Source of the DNA: the human T2T-CHM13v2.0 reference genome, Homo sapiens
Assembly: GCF_009914755.1 (NCBI RefSeq)
Contig: NC_060928.1
DNA: 64,000 nucleotides
Reading direction: 5' to 3' (one strand)
A model generated the notes under the pieces. The model was given only the letters and a program-made list of their open reading frames with translations, was not told the origin of the DNA and searched no databases. Position numbers and translations under genes: made by a program. Shown here piece after piece: positions 14,225 through 28,145 of the stretch (within the stretch, counting starts at the first letter, position 1; each line of letters opens with the position of its first letter).

Positions 14225-14490
14225 GTTTGTATGTATATACAGATAAGTATGTATATATATACAGATACAGATAAGTATATATGTATGTATGTATACAGTG
14301 TTCAAATAACTCAATAAGGTCAAGTTTGCAAATCATGTTGTTTAAGTCTTTTACAACATTAAATATTTGTCTCTTAAGAAAAAGAATGTATGTATGTATA
14401 TACAGATACAGATAAGTATATATGTATATATATACAGATAAGAATGTATGTATGTATGTATATATGGATAAGTATGTATGTACAGATAAG
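14225..14490. repeat. Compound (TATG)n/ATACAGATAAG low-complexity repeat
   Basis: Repeated tacagataag interspersed with (TA)/(TATG) runs. Confidence 0.85.
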
Positions 14491-14730
14491 AAGAAGCTGC
14501 TTTGGTGGAATGATGACGGTGGGAAGGGGCTAAACTATTGACTTAGAAAGCTGTCAGCTGTGGTGTTAACACTCCCTCCATCTCAGCCCCAAAGAAGGCT
14601 CTAAGCTCCTCTGGAGAGCACTTTGGATATACCTGAACTGGTCCAATCAGACTATCTCATAGTCTGAAAACAGGAGTAACTTTCCCAATAGCACTCAGCT
14701 GCTCATTGGTGGAGAGGATTAGAAGCCCTG

Positions 14731-14929
14731 TGTTACGGACTCCCTGTTTTATGAACTGAATGTGTGTGTCCACCTCCCACCACCAAAATTCATGTGTTGA
14801 AGCCCTAACCCCAGCCAGTACCTTGATCTTAGAATTCCCAGCCTCCAGAACTGTGGGAAATAAATGTCTGTTATTTAAGCCACCAGTTTATAGCAGTATC
14901 TTGGTAGGGCATCCTGAGCTGACTAAGAC
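14731..14929 (+). mobile_element. Internally deleted MLT1A/B LTR
   Basis: aaaattcatgtgttgaagccctaacccc joined directly to accttgatcttagaattcccagcctccagaactgtg. Confidence 0.75.
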
Positions 14930-15360
14930 CCCCAGTCTCAGCAAGTCCAATGTTCCTTCCAGTATCCCAGTTGACACCCAAGGACAGATGGGATTTTCAG
15001 ATCAATTTTCAATTCCACTTCTGCTCAAAAACATCTCCAACTAAAATAACCACTCTCTAAAATTTTTAGATTTTTGTAAAACCAAGAAAAATTAACTTGC
15101 TTTATCAAACATCTATCTTTTTAAAAGGCTGCATGCAGCTGAAATATTATTGACATAAAAAGGGTGAAATTGCTATTATTTTTATTCAACTGGACATCAC
15201 TGTATCATGGTAGTGATGGTCCTCAGCCTCAGGCCCTTCATCCAAATTATCTGGGAAGCTTGTTAAAAATCGAGATTTTCAAGGCCTCCAAGACTCTAAG
15301 TGATTGCAGCTTGCGAATGGGCCTCTGTATCTATCTGTATTTATTTAGTGCTCCTTATTT

Positions 15361-15654
15361 ACAATGGTTTTCTCAGGAAAGACAAACTGGGGATGAAAGA
15401 TGAATGTGGAAGAAAGACTTATTTTCACTATTCATGCTTTTCATTATGAAATTTTTAAAAACCATTGTGTACATGCATAGCCATGGTCAGAACCTATGAA
15501 TCTAGTGAGATGCTGTTGGATCTCTTAAAAACAGAGCATTGTGCAGAATCACCGGGAGGGTCTCGGGCAGTCTAGTCAGGCTGAGCTCCTGGAGGAGACA
15601 GTGAATTGTGGAGTCCGACGGCCCAGGGTCTGAACGTGCTCTGCCCACCCAATG
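15361..15654 (+). repeat. Local direct duplication, copy 1 (294 bp)
   Basis: Colinear with 17191-17485. Confidence 0.95.
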
Positions 15655-17190
15655 AGACACCCTGGGCTTGGTGTGCTCACTTTAGTGAGCATCTCATCTA
15701 TGAAATCTGTATAATAGGACCCACTTACCAGAGTTGTTAGGCTGAAATAGGACAATACATATAAAGCATTCCACACACAGTTTGGCACATAGGGAACCCT
15801 CAGTAAATCATAAATATGATGACTCTTTTTTTCTCCATTGTCCTTGTGCTGGAATGAAGGTTATTGAAATGATCACAATTGAATTATCTGGGAAAGCAAA
15901 ACTCTTCTTTGTCTCATAAAACCAAGTCAGTTGACTTAAAGCCAGAAAGTGTATGTGCTAAAACAGTTTCTACATACCCCATGAAGTGCTAATGGCCAAA
16001 ATTTCTCACCCCAGCCTTCCTGCCGTTAGCACTAATCCAGGAAACTAGAACTCCTGAGGCATTTTAATTTAGAATTATAAATGTGTGCAGTCATAATTTT
16101 CTTAGACATCTTCCACACTATTTTGGAGCTTTGGCTTATTGCTTTATGTTTGCATTTAATTTTTTTTCTTAGAGATGTAAATAATTATGTCACTAAATAT
16201 ATGGGAAATAGAAAGTAGGAAAAAAACAGTTCATAATTCCACCACTTTCACAATGGATACCAGCATTTTGGTATATTTTCTGCCAGGCTGTTAACGTGTG
16301 AGCTTTATCATTACAAGCATTATAATCATATTGAACACAATTTTGACTCTCAATGTTTCTCTTAACAGTATATTGTGAATATTTTCCTTATGATGGAAAA
16401 GGCATTATAACTACCTTTTCAACTAACTGCATAATATTCCACTGAGTGACTAACCCACAATATATTTAACAACTCTACTATTACATGACATTTTGGTTTA
16501 TTCCAATTTTTTCTGGTTTTCACAGTGCTGCAATAAACATCTTTGTATGTGAACATTTTTATTGAATTCATAATTATTTCTTAGGCTAGATTCACACAAT
16601 TGGCTAGCCTTCAGTTTTAGAGATATGAAATTACATTAGATTATGGTATTAAACTAACTAGGTGAACTTAGAAAAATCACCAGGATTTCACGTGAATATG
16701 CTTTCTCTCTGGTTTTCAGAACTATTAGGGGAACAAATCTTTTGCAAAGCAGCACGAAGGCAGCCTGTAATCTACCAGAGACATACAGAATTGCAACAAG
16801 GTCAAAGGGCACCACTTTATTTGGCTGCTACAATATCAACATCAATTTCGAGTTACAACCCAGAAACAAAACAGAGTTTTGAAAAGCAGCAGTGCCTGTC
16901 ATCCAAATTGCATTTCCTGTTTCACACGCGAACAGGAAGGAAAAGAAACTGCCACTGGCCCCCTACTGAAAGAGACTCTCACTGTGGAAATGTACGTGCA
17001 TACTAACTTCCATTATTGCAAGGAGTCAGCAAATTCATTCCAATAAGAACTTATTATATTAATAACCATTTACATTTATTGAGCACTTACAATGTGCCAG
17101 TGTTCTTAAATATCCTAAACATATACTAACTTTTTCCCATTTTCTGGAAGGCACACTGAGGCATAAAGAGAACATCATTTTCTGAAGATG

Positions 17191-17485
17191 ACAATGATTT
17201 TCACAGGAAAGACAAACGAGATGAAAGATGAATGTGCAAGGAAGACTTATTTTCACTATTCATGCTTTTCATTATGAAATATTAAAAAAAAACCACTGTG
17301 CACATGCACAGCCATGATCAGAAACTATGAACCTAGAGAGATGCTGTTGGATCTCTTTGAAACACACCATTGTGCAGAATCACCAGGAGGGTCTCTGGCA
17401 GCCTAGTCAGCCTGCATTCCTAGAGGAGACAGTGAGCTATGGAGTCTGACAGCCCATGGTCTCAATGTGCTCTGCCCACCCAATG
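17191..17485 (+). repeat. Local direct duplication, copy 2 (295 bp), inside a MIR
   Basis: Colinear with 15361-15654; MIR halves on both sides. Confidence 0.95.
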
Positions 17486-17624
17486 TGAAAGTGGTTAGTA
17501 GGAGGTGGAGCTGGGCTTCAAACCCAGGTATGCTGGCTTCAGAAATCACTGTCTAAACCAACCCGGACACCCCTATTCTTTTTGTTGCCTACAGCCCTGG
17601 CAGGGTCTCCTGGCTTCCCCTGGG

Positions 17625-18625
17625 ATAGTAATTTTCTATAACGGCTATAACAAATTATCACAAACCTGGTGGAGCAGTTACCATCTTATGGTTCTGAAAG
17701 TCAGAAGTCTCAGGTGGGCTTCCAGGGCTACATTCCTCTTGGATGCTCTGGGGGAAAAGCTGTTTCCTTGCCTTTTCTATCTTCTAGAGCAGGAGTCCCC
17801 AGTCCCTGAACCACGCACCCATTAGGAATGGGGTAGCACAGCAGGAGGTGAGTGGCAGGCGAGTCAGTGAAGCTTCATCTGTATTTACAGCTGCTCCCCA
17901 TCACTCACATTACCACCTGAGCTTCACCACCTGTCAGATCAGCAACGACATTATATTCTCACAGGAGCGCAAACCCCATTGTGAACTGTGTATGAGAGGG
18001 ATCTAGGTTGCACACTCCTTATGAGCATCTAATGCCCGATGATCTGTCCTGGCTCTGATCACCCCAGAGGGGATGGTCTAGTAGCAGGAAAATAAGTTCA
18101 GGGCTCCCACTGATTCTACCTTATCATGAGTTGTATAATTATTTCACTATACATTACAGTATAATAATAATAGAAACAAAGTGCACAATAAATGTAATGC
18201 ACTTTTGAATCATCCTAAACCATCTCCCACCCCCACCCCCACCAGTCTGTGGGAAAATTGTCTTCCATGAAACCAGTCCCTGGTGCCAAAACGTTCGGGG
18301 AGAACTGTTCTAGGCTTCCCACATTTTCTGGCACAGGGCTTCTTCCTCCATCTTCAAAACCATCAGTGTAGCATCTTCTCTCATTGTTTCCCTCTCCTTC
18401 CATCCACACATCACCTTCTCTCTATAATTCTAAACTTCTGCCTCCCTCTTAAAAGGACTGTTGTGATTACAGCACAGGGCCCACTTAGATGATCCAGGAT
18501 AACCAGCCCACCTCAAGACTCTTCATTTAATCACATCTGCAAAGCCCGTCTCACCACGTATGGTAAACACACTCACAGGTGCTTGGGATGAGAACTAGAC
18601 ATCTCTGGGAGGCTATTGCGCAGCT
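17625..18625 (-). mobile_element. MLT1 LTR interrupted by MER1A
   Basis: aacaaattatcacaaacctggtgg...catcttatggttctg; resumes after 18308 to ...gacatctctgggaggctatt. Confidence 0.75.
17790..18307 (+). mobile_element. MER1A (hAT-Charlie) DNA transposon
   Basis: CAGGAGTCCCC...GGGGAGAACTG termini; TTCTAG(AG) target at both flanks. Confidence 0.85.
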
Positions 18626-21551
18626 CACCGCACCTGGAAAGTAAATTACACTAAAAGACAACTTGAAAAGACACAAGTGCATCTGCGTAACTACTTTTCT
18701 GGAGATTTTTACAGAAGGCAAAACTGTTAGAATTCCAGCAATCTCAACGAGTGAGCAATAGGAGACAGAGATCACATAAAAAGAACATGAATCAATCCCT
18801 CTCAGTTTTTGAGCCCCTAATACGTTCCACAGACTGTTCACCTAACCCATTTCACTGTCACACCAGCACTGGCAGTGTGCAGTCTTGTCTGCAAAACAGA
18901 GATGAGAAAACTGAGGTTCAGATCCGTTATAGAATTCTCTTGGGAGTTGCACCACCCAGGTGGCTCTGACTTCAAAGCCCAGTTACTGTCCACTGTAGCA
19001 AGATAACCAACACCAAATTTGATCAAAATGAACAGCATATTTTAAAGACATCAAGCATCGAGGATTGATAGTTACAGAGGCAGTCTCCTGCACACAACCT
19101 CCATAGCCATCCTCTGTGTTCACATCATGTGCTTCTACCACCTATTTCCGTGGTTACCTATCTATGTTTTTATTGTCATCTCTTCAGAAGGTAAGGACCT
19201 TGTCTGTTGCTGACTGCTATTGCACTAGCTCTGAGTAGAGGCCAGGCACCTAGTAGGCACTAAATAAATGGTTGTGTAAGAAATGGATAACACTCCTTTG
19301 ACCCGGAGATAATCGAGGGGAATAAACCCAACCACTTGCAACATGGATGAGATGCTAAAAATTGGCAAACTCTCCAAAAAGATTTCTTAACAGCCAAAAT
19401 AAACAGCAATGAGTCCAAGTTAATGCACAATCTCTTTGGAAAACCCTGTGAGACCCAATCTAGAGCTCGTATTCCCTCTTTAAAAACTGATTTCTAACCA
19501 ATTTGTTGAGCTCTTTACTGCTGTACTTTTTGCTAAAAGGAATATGCTTCAGTTGTAGTTAAAATTAAAAAGGAAGATTAACTTTCTAAAACACATGAGC
19601 CACAGAAGCAAGGTAACAGCAAATACAATAGCATTCAAAAATGCATCAGCAAAGTTACAGCCTCTGTGGATGGAGACAAGGATTCAGAGAGACTGACTGA
19701 TTGCATTTCTCAAGTTGACAACCACAATACCGCGTGATCCTTACTCAGCCCCTACAAAGAGGGTCATCTCAGTTTTTAGTTCCAATCCTCTCAAACACAA
19801 ATGTAACTGGAGAGAGCAACCTAGAGTCAAAGAAACAGTATTTTTTCTTTCATGTATATGGAACATTGTCATCACAATGTGTATTTAATTGTTTTTAAAT
19901 TTTGACTCTGCACACAGGTATAATGGGCACTATCTTTTTGATTCACACTTAGACCTCAAGCGTTCCTCACTCATGGCAGCTATTCACTTTGTGTCGATTT
20001 ATGTCTCTCCTAGAGTTCTGTATGCTTCTTCAGGGCAGATAAATAGTTTAATCATCCTTGAAGCTCAAACTTAATGATTGGAAGCTATGTGCTGAATGAA
20101 TAAATAAACCATTTATTATTTTAAAAATTCATGATCATTAAGAATTTCAGAAAATACAGAAAGGGAGAGAACAACAAACAAATCTGTGATCATAACATAA
20201 AACAAGTAACATTTCATGATATTTCTTTCTGGTCTTTTTTAATGTAGAGGGTTTCTTTCTTTTTATTTTTCTCCTTACAAAATCATATGCACACATTTTC
20301 TGTCAGGACTTTTACACACACTATAACCTAAGCATTGCCCAATGACATCTCATAGTTCTGCAGCTTGATTAAAGCTAAAGAACACACTAATAGGGCTTTG
20401 GGGGTACAAACACATTTTCTTCCATTCAACACATTATTAACTCTGGTGTGACAAAAAGAGAGTTCTGCCTGCATCTCGGTGGTTATAAATCAGGCTTCAG
20501 TTCCCCAACCTGACTAGAATATCCGTTTGTTTTGCTTCCTTTTCTATTTAGAATCTGTGACCTAAATTTAGAATCTCTCCATTTCTCCTCAGTGTGATAA
20601 GCAGAAACAGCCCTCAAAACTCTCAGTAGAACCTTCCAGCAAGAATCCTTTGGCAAAACATAGCATCAGTCACTCTGATTCTAGAGTTGTTCTATTTTTT
20701 TTTCTATTAAAGTAAATGTTTTCATGAACTCACAAAATGTGTTAGTCATAGCCATCATAGAGTTCCAGTTGATGATTAAAAAACAAACTAGGTTTGGGAT
20801 AAAATTCAAGATGCCTTCCTTACTCCAAATTTGTTCTTAGTCAACAGAGAATAGAGGCCAATGCCTTGAAACCAAACATATTTTTATGAAACCAAACATC
20901 ATAAAACATGAGTGCGCATACCCTTACATCACTCAGACCGCTAAGATTAATAGACATGCTGAAAGCATTTGCTTCACACTTGCTCAACTGAACAAATACA
21001 TCTTTTCACAAAACAAGTCCAAAATCTTGGCCATTCCCAAATGTCTAAAATCCAAGACTCTTTGCTTTCAAACTCCTCAATGAGAAAGCACAGAAGGAGA
21101 GAATTCAGGTCATTAACCAGGTGTTTAAGGTTGGCACCAGGAAGAGAAGGAGCTAGAGTTGTACATTGAGGAACCAAAAAGATAAGAAACAAAAGAGGAG
21201 GAGGAGGAAGAGAAAATACATGAAGAGAAATATTCAAAGACACTCTTTTACATTATCAATTATTTATTTCTTTAAGAAAAAGGACATTTATTTTCATCCA
21301 CACAAGATATTGTTCGTTAGATGAGTAGAGCAAGTTTGTTTTGTTTTTATGTAGCATTTATTGACTTGTTTCTAAGACCAAAGGAATATGCTTATTTCCC
21401 ATTGAAAAATAGTTGGAAAATACAATAGAAATAAAATTAGAAAATACAAATCACCCATAACCTCTCTGTATAGCAATATGGCTACATTAATATTTTGGTA
21501 TTGGGCCTTCTCTTTTTTTTATTTGATGCATATATATATATATATATATAT

Positions 21552-21664
21552 TAGAGATGGGTTCTCACTATGTTGCCCAGGCTGGTCTCAAACTCCTGAG
21601 CTCAAGCGATCCTCCCACTCCGGCCTCCCAAATTGCTGGGAACACAGGCTTGAGCACCTGGCCT
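21552..21664 (-). mobile_element. FLAM/Alu monomer with (TA)n tail
   Basis: agagatgggttctcactatgttgcccaggctggtctcaaactcctgagctcaag. Confidence 0.85.
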
Positions 21665-23059
21665 GTATGTATTATTTTTAAACTGGAATAAATGTTACAA
21701 ACCAGAGACACTATTTGGTAGCCTCTTTTTTCCCTTAAGCAATATGATAAAAAATATTTGCCTTTGTCGTTAAATGTTATTTTAGTACACAGATTTTTAA
21801 GAACTGCAAAACAGTCCTTTTGTTGATGTGCATTGATTTAACTAATCTTTAATTATAGAACAAATCATTTATAACATCAAAAAATGTTACACTGTGATTA
21901 ACAGTGTTGTACATAGAGCTTTGAGTACTTTTTAAAAATTGTTGTCTTCAAATTACATCCTAAGGGTGAAAGTGTTGGGGAAAAAGGGTTTGCACAATTT
22001 TCAGACTCTATGTATATATTTGCCATATAAATTTTGCACTCCTAAAAGTTTATATCACTTTATATTTGCAAGAACAATCTATAAATGTGCCTGCTCTTTA
22101 ATTGGTTTTAATTTTTTGCATCTTTACCAAACTAATAAGCCATTAGAAATTATTTCATTTGCTATTATTCATTAATTTATTGAACAAATATATATCCAGC
22201 ACTTTCTACATGCCAGGCTCTGTTTTAGAACTAGAGGCACTACCATGAACATAGGCTCTGGCACTGGGCAGACAGGGTTGGAATACCAGCTCGGTTCAAC
22301 TCCCTCTGTTACCTTAGGCATGTTCCTCATTTGAGATTCCATTTCCTCCACTACAAAGTGCAGGCAAACCAACCCCCACTTAGAGGTGATCCTGAACGCT
22401 GACCATGCTGACACGTGCACAGTGCCTGGACCAGGCAGGATACAGGGGCCTCTCAGTAGGGTAGGTTCCTTAGCTCCCCTTACCTGTAACCTGGGCAACC
22501 ACTCACTAGAGGCACCAGCTGTCTCCACGATACTCGACCCTGCCTTGATTGTAGGGACTCAGTCCTTGACCCTGAAGTGCTCTGATGTCTCAGACAACCC
22601 CTTTTCCATCTGAGGAAAGACAGACTAATTGTAAGAAGCCAATTTCTGCAGTTTGTTAGATCTCAGGTTAGCATTGCATTATTGCATTGATTCTAACATA
22701 GGAACTGTGGCCGCAGCACAGCAAATTGAGTCTCATGACCTTGAAGTCCTTCCTCTTATGTTAAAAGTCAGAGGCTTCAGTTGAAAGAAAAATCAGCTGA
22801 AGTGCAGCCAACAGCCAACACTACCTTCTTGCTTGTCTATTGCATTCTCTCTAGTCTTAGCTTTATTTCCCTATACAAAAGATTTTTCAGGGATAGCCCA
22901 AGTAGTGATAGTTTTTCTTTTCCTCCAGATCTTTTATGTTATAAAGAAATTTAAAAAATTATAAATTTAGCTAAATACCCACCTTTTATTCTTTCTCTGT
23001 CCTTCAGTTAACAAATGAGGACCTGAAACTAGTGCATTTCATTCCCATGTATACTTTTA

Positions 23060-23336
23060 AAATTTTTTTATTGAAATGAAACTCTCATAATGTAGAATGA
23101 ACCACCTTAAAATGTACAATTCAGCAGCATTTAGAACATTAACAATCTTGTGCAGCCACCAACTATATCAAGTTCCAAAACATTTTCATCACTTCAGCAG
23201 AGAACCCCATACTACTAAGCAGCTATTCCCCATTTCTCACTCCCCTGAGCCCTTGAAAACTATCAATCTGCTTTCTGTGTCTATGGATTTATCTATTCTG
23301 AACATTTAATATAAAATGACTCATGAAACATGTGAC
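23060..23336 (-). mobile_element. L1MB-type 3' end fragment
   Basis: ttaaaatgtacaattcagcagcatttag...tctatggatttatctattctgaacattt. Confidence 0.75.
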
Positions 23337-23932
23337 TATGTTAGTCTATTCTTGCATTGCTATAAAGAGATCCTGAGGCTGCATAATTTATACAGAAAAG
23401 AGGTTGAGACCAGGCACAGTGGTTCATGCCTGTAATTCCATGCCTTTGGAAGGCCAAGGCAAGAGGATCACTTGAGTCCAAGAGTTCAAGAACAGTCTGA
23501 GCAGCATAGTGAGAACCTGTCTCTACAAATATGGTGGCACACACCTGTGATTGCAGATACTTGAGAGGCTGAGGTAGGAGGATGGCTTTAGCCCAAGAGT
23601 TGAAGGCTGCAGTAAGCCATGATCAAGAAAGGCCCCATCTCAAAAAAAGAAAGAAAGAAAAGAGGTTTAATTGGCTCACAGTTCTGCAAGCTGTATAAAA
23701 AGCATGGTGCTGGCATCTGCTTCTGGTGAGAGCCTCGGGAAGCAAAGGAGGAAATGGGCCACATGGATCAAGTGGGAGAGAGAAGGGAAGAGGTGCCACA
23801 TACTTTTAAACAACCAGATCTCTCAAGAACTCAGTCACTATTGCAAGGACAACATTAAGCCATTCATGAAGGATCCATCCCCATGACCCAAACACCTCCT
23901 ACCAGGCCCCATCTCCAACACTGGGGATTACC
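23337..23932 (-). mobile_element. MST LTR containing an AluJ insertion (~23407-23655, +)
   Basis: ttagtctattcttgcattgctataaag...tccaacactggggattac; Alu TSD agaaaagaggtt at 23394-23405 and 23656-23667. Confidence 0.85.
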
Positions 23933-25049
23933 ATGGGACCAGAGAGAAGGTTCGTCAGGATGAGCCCGCATGGACAAGTGCCCAAAAGGCTTCCTGTAAG
24001 AGGCTACATCTTACCCATCAGCTCTTAAACAAAAGTTTGTTGAAAATCTCTCCACTTCTCTCGTTATCCTTTGTAGCCACAGTGATCAGCCATGATCATC
24101 TTTGCCCACTCAGCTGCATCAGCCTCCCAACTTGCTCCCACCTCCCCTCCCCAGCCCTCTCTAATACCTTCTCCATCATCGTTTTATGCACAACAAAGAT
24201 CATGTTCTCCTCTAACCCTCTCATGGAACCCCATTGCTGTTAAGATAAAAGCCAACCTCTTCAGGCCCTGAAATGACTTGACCCCTACTATTTTTCTGAC
24301 CTCCTTTCTTACAGGCCATTTTGTCTTATAAGTTCCAACCCATTGTCCTTTCAGTTACTATAATTCCCGAAGTCCTCTCCTGCCCCAGGGCCCTCTCACA
24401 TACTGTTCTCCCTCCCTGTGAGGCTTTTATCCCATCTTCACCTGGCTAAGTCATCCTCAGGTATCCCCAGGTATCTCATCCTTAGAGTGACTTTCGCTGA
24501 TCTCCCAAACCACAGTAGGCACTCTTTTCAATCTCTTTCACCAACCCCTCTTCTCCTTTGTAGTGCTTATCTCTCTTTAGTTATATAGGTATTTACTAAA
24601 AAGAGGTAGTAAAATACAGTAGTTAAGTGTCCTAAGACCACATGGCCTCAGGCAAGTTATTTACCTCTTCTGCCTGTTTTTCCATCTGAAGAATGCAAAG
24701 AATAATAACAGTAACCTTCTCCTGTGGTTGTAGAAAGACTGAGTTGGTGTATGCAGAGCCCTCAGCACAGAGTCTGCCCAGAGCCCCTGGCTGAGACTGT
24801 GTAGGGAATTGGGGGCATTTATGCAAAATGACCACTGAGATGCCACCCAACACAAAAATGGCACAAATGCCAATACCATTGTGGAACAAGCTTTGACGTT
24901 CTCTTCACAGCAGAGGTTAGCTTCACTAACCTTTAAAGTTACTTCCAAATCTGAGATTCTGTGGCTCTGTCTGTGTTCCAGGGACAAAAGGTGCCTGGCT
25001 GTGGGGGAACTTACATTCCCCAGGATTTTGTTTTTATACAGGGACAAGG

Positions 25050-25560
25050 CAGTGTAAATTCACACAACCTTTTGGAAAGCAGTTTGGCAGCATGTACCAA
25101 AAAAGACATAAAACATACAGAGCTTTTGATCCAATAATTCCATTTCTGGGAATCTATCCTAAGGAAATAATCCTAAATAGGGATAAAGGCTTATGCACAA
25201 AACTTTCAATGTAATCTCATTTATACTAGGAAAAAATAGAAACAGCTTAATTGTCCCCTAATAGGAGAGAAGGGGGTTAAATAAATTATTGTACAACTAC
25301 TTGATGGATATTGTTTGGCCATTAATGGCTCCAAAACATAACAGGGGAAAAACACTTATGATATAATATTAGGTTAAAGAAAAAGCACACAGCAACAGTG
25401 TATAGGTACTATTACAAATCTTTGAACAGAAGACCTATGCATACACAGAGAGAACAAAAATAACAGAAAGAAAGAAACTAAAGTGGTAACAGTGGTATAG
25501 TTCTGAGAAATAGAACTAAATAAATAATGATTTACTCTTGTTTTCCTACCTTTTCCTCCT
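25050..25560 (+). mobile_element. L1ME 3' fragment
   Basis: agtgtaaatt...ttttggaaagcagtttggcag...aattccatttctgggaatctatcctaagg. Confidence 0.7.
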
Positions 25561-26737
25561 GATATTTCGTGAGCGTATATTTAAAATAAAATACAAATAG
25601 TTCCATAGGACAAGTATAGATAATATATGAGGTTAAAAAAATAGCATATGTATTTTGATCAAAAAGTGTATATACTATGAATAGGAAAAATATTAGAAGG
25701 AAATCACATACATATATGCACACACACACACAAACATACACACACACAGCCAAACAAAAACCAAACAAACCAAATCTGTGCCTAATCTTCTAGAATCCCA
25801 CTATATTAGAATCCTTGCCAGTGGTGGGGTGGTTTTCTTACCTATCTTTGCCCAAGTGTGCTTCATTTTTGCTGCCTCCCATCCTTTCTCCAGATAGCAG
25901 TCCAAGAAATCTATCTATTAATAGGAGTCACATACAATTCTCATCACTGGCAAACTCTTCACTGGCTTCTTAATGCCCTGAAGATAAAGTCTAAGTTCCC
26001 CAAGAAAGCTTTAGCCTCAATATCCACAGCCTCCGCAACGGGCTCCACCCCCCATCCTTCTTCCTCCTCACTCTTCTCCAGCCTCCCCAGCTTTCTCACT
26101 CTCCAAGGTGCCTTGTTCTCTCTCAATGCCAGGCTTTCACTGAAACCATTAGCTCTCCATGAAAAAACTACTTATTCCATCCTGGCACTTATTTTCTCAG
26201 ACACCTTACAGTCAACCTTCAGTTTTCAAGAAATTGCTTAGAAGTTCAGTCCCTAAGGAGAGTGTTTCTGATCACGTAGATGAGATTATCCTGAAAACAC
26301 AGATCTAAAGTGCATCCAAAGACATGCATTTCCTAGTCCCAACAAGAACGTAAACTCTAAACACTATTGAAAGAAAAAGGAATGCCTCTAACTTAAATCT
26401 GCTCCTCCCTGCACCAACAGAAATCAACATTTTTTGAGTTTGAGTAGCACAAATGTGTCAGTCAACAAGATGCATTACTTCATCAAACTTTATAACAACC
26501 TTACTTCATTTGGATATTTTTAAAATTTCAATTTATAGAAGAGAACACTAAGGTTTCAGAGGGGTAATCCTCAGAGTCTTTTGCCCAAGGCAATTTGCCC
26601 AAGGTCACATGGCTGGACAATGATGACTTTGTCCTTCAAAGTCAGCAGTCTTACTCCACAAAGAAATGTCAGTGGGAAGGGAGAAGACATGAAGATTTCT
26701 GCTAGTTTAGACTCTAGGGTAACATTCCACTGCTTTG

Positions 26738-26739
<2 letters not shown>

Positions 26740-26772
<33 letters not shown>
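26740..26772. repeat. Poly(T)33 tract
   Basis: Directly visible. Confidence 0.95.
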
Positions 26773-26775
<3 letters not shown>

Positions 26776-27739
26776 AAACCTCAGTGCTCAGCTTTCCTCC
26801 CCAGCACACTGAGTCATTGTTGGATTTCCCAGCTCTCTCTCCAATGTGATGGAGTCTGCTGAGGACATTGTTTTGGCTGGAAGTGAATATGTATGCAAGA
26901 GGCACCACCTGCCGCTAAATCTTTGCCTTTGTTGGGTCTAATATAGCTCTTGACCCTGAACTTGGCTCATGTCCTCAGGCACCCTCCCCACAAAATGCCT
27001 CACATGTTTTTAGCAATAAACAAAGTAGAGAACATGGGCCCCCCATTATCCGGATAAACGTTTAGAAACACCAAAATGTTCAAATAGACCGAGATGACTG
27101 AAAAAAAAAGAGAGTTGAAGAGCTTTTTCTACTAAATAATAAATGTAAGGTATTAGCACAATATTGTTACAATCACCACTATTTTTATGCCTACATAATG
27201 TCACAAAGACACTCTCAACATTCTGTGGCTGGAGTGGTTTGCATCATTGAGTGGAGGCATTGCTTCCAGGTCTCTGGCCTTCGGATGGTTTTCAGGTGCA
27301 AACAAGAGGACCATAGAGAACCCAGGATAGTCAATGGCACTTACCAAAGAACAGTAGCCAAAGGTCAATGGTAAGAGCAGCGGCAGCTATGTCAGCACTG
27401 TTCACCCACTTCATATTTACGGAGCACCCACGAAGTGCCAGGCAACAGGGACTCATTTTCTGGGGATTATTTCAATTAATTTTTACAACAATCCAAGGAG
27501 CCAAGTACTATCACTCTCCTCATCCTAAACCGAGAGCTTGGTTTGAAGGTCAGACAAATCTGGGTTTGAATGCCAAATCTATCACTCAGTAGCTGTGTGA
27601 CCTTGGGCCAGTTCTCTCATTTAGAAACTTCAGTTTCCACACCTGTAATAAGGAGATAATAATACCTACTTCGCTAAGTGGTCAGGACTCACTGTAGGTA
27701 GCACATAGTAGATGGTTAATAAATATATAGATATAGATA

Positions 27740-28145
27740 TTTAAAATTTGTGGTACAACCGTACAATGGAATACTATTCAGCAATGAAAGAAACATGCAA
27801 CATGAATGACTCTCAAAAACATTATGTTAAGTGAAAGAACAGAGCCTCAAAAACCCACATATTGTAAGATTCTATTTATATGACACTCTGGAAAAGGCAA
27901 AATTACAGGACAGATATATGATCAGAGGTTGCAGGCAGCTGGGGTGGAGGAGACTGACTACAAAGGGACATAAGGGAACATTTTGGAGGGAATGGAAATG
28001 CTCTGTATCTCTTTTTTAGTGGTGGTTATACAATTGCATACATTGGCCAAAAATCACGAAACTATTAATACCAAAAGGGTAAATTTTACATTTTAATAAT
28101 TATAATCTAATAAACCTGTTTTTTTAAAAAAAAAAAAAAAAAAAA
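27740..28145 (+). mobile_element. L1M 3' fragment with A-tail
   Basis: atggaatactattcagcaatgaaag...tctggaaaaggcaaaattacagg. Confidence 0.75.

Noticed and set aside
15361-17485. CRISPR-like or LTR-pair interpretation of the direct repeats
   Set aside because: Only two long copies, no TG...CA termini, no PBS/PPT or internal retroviral sequence; eukaryotic context.
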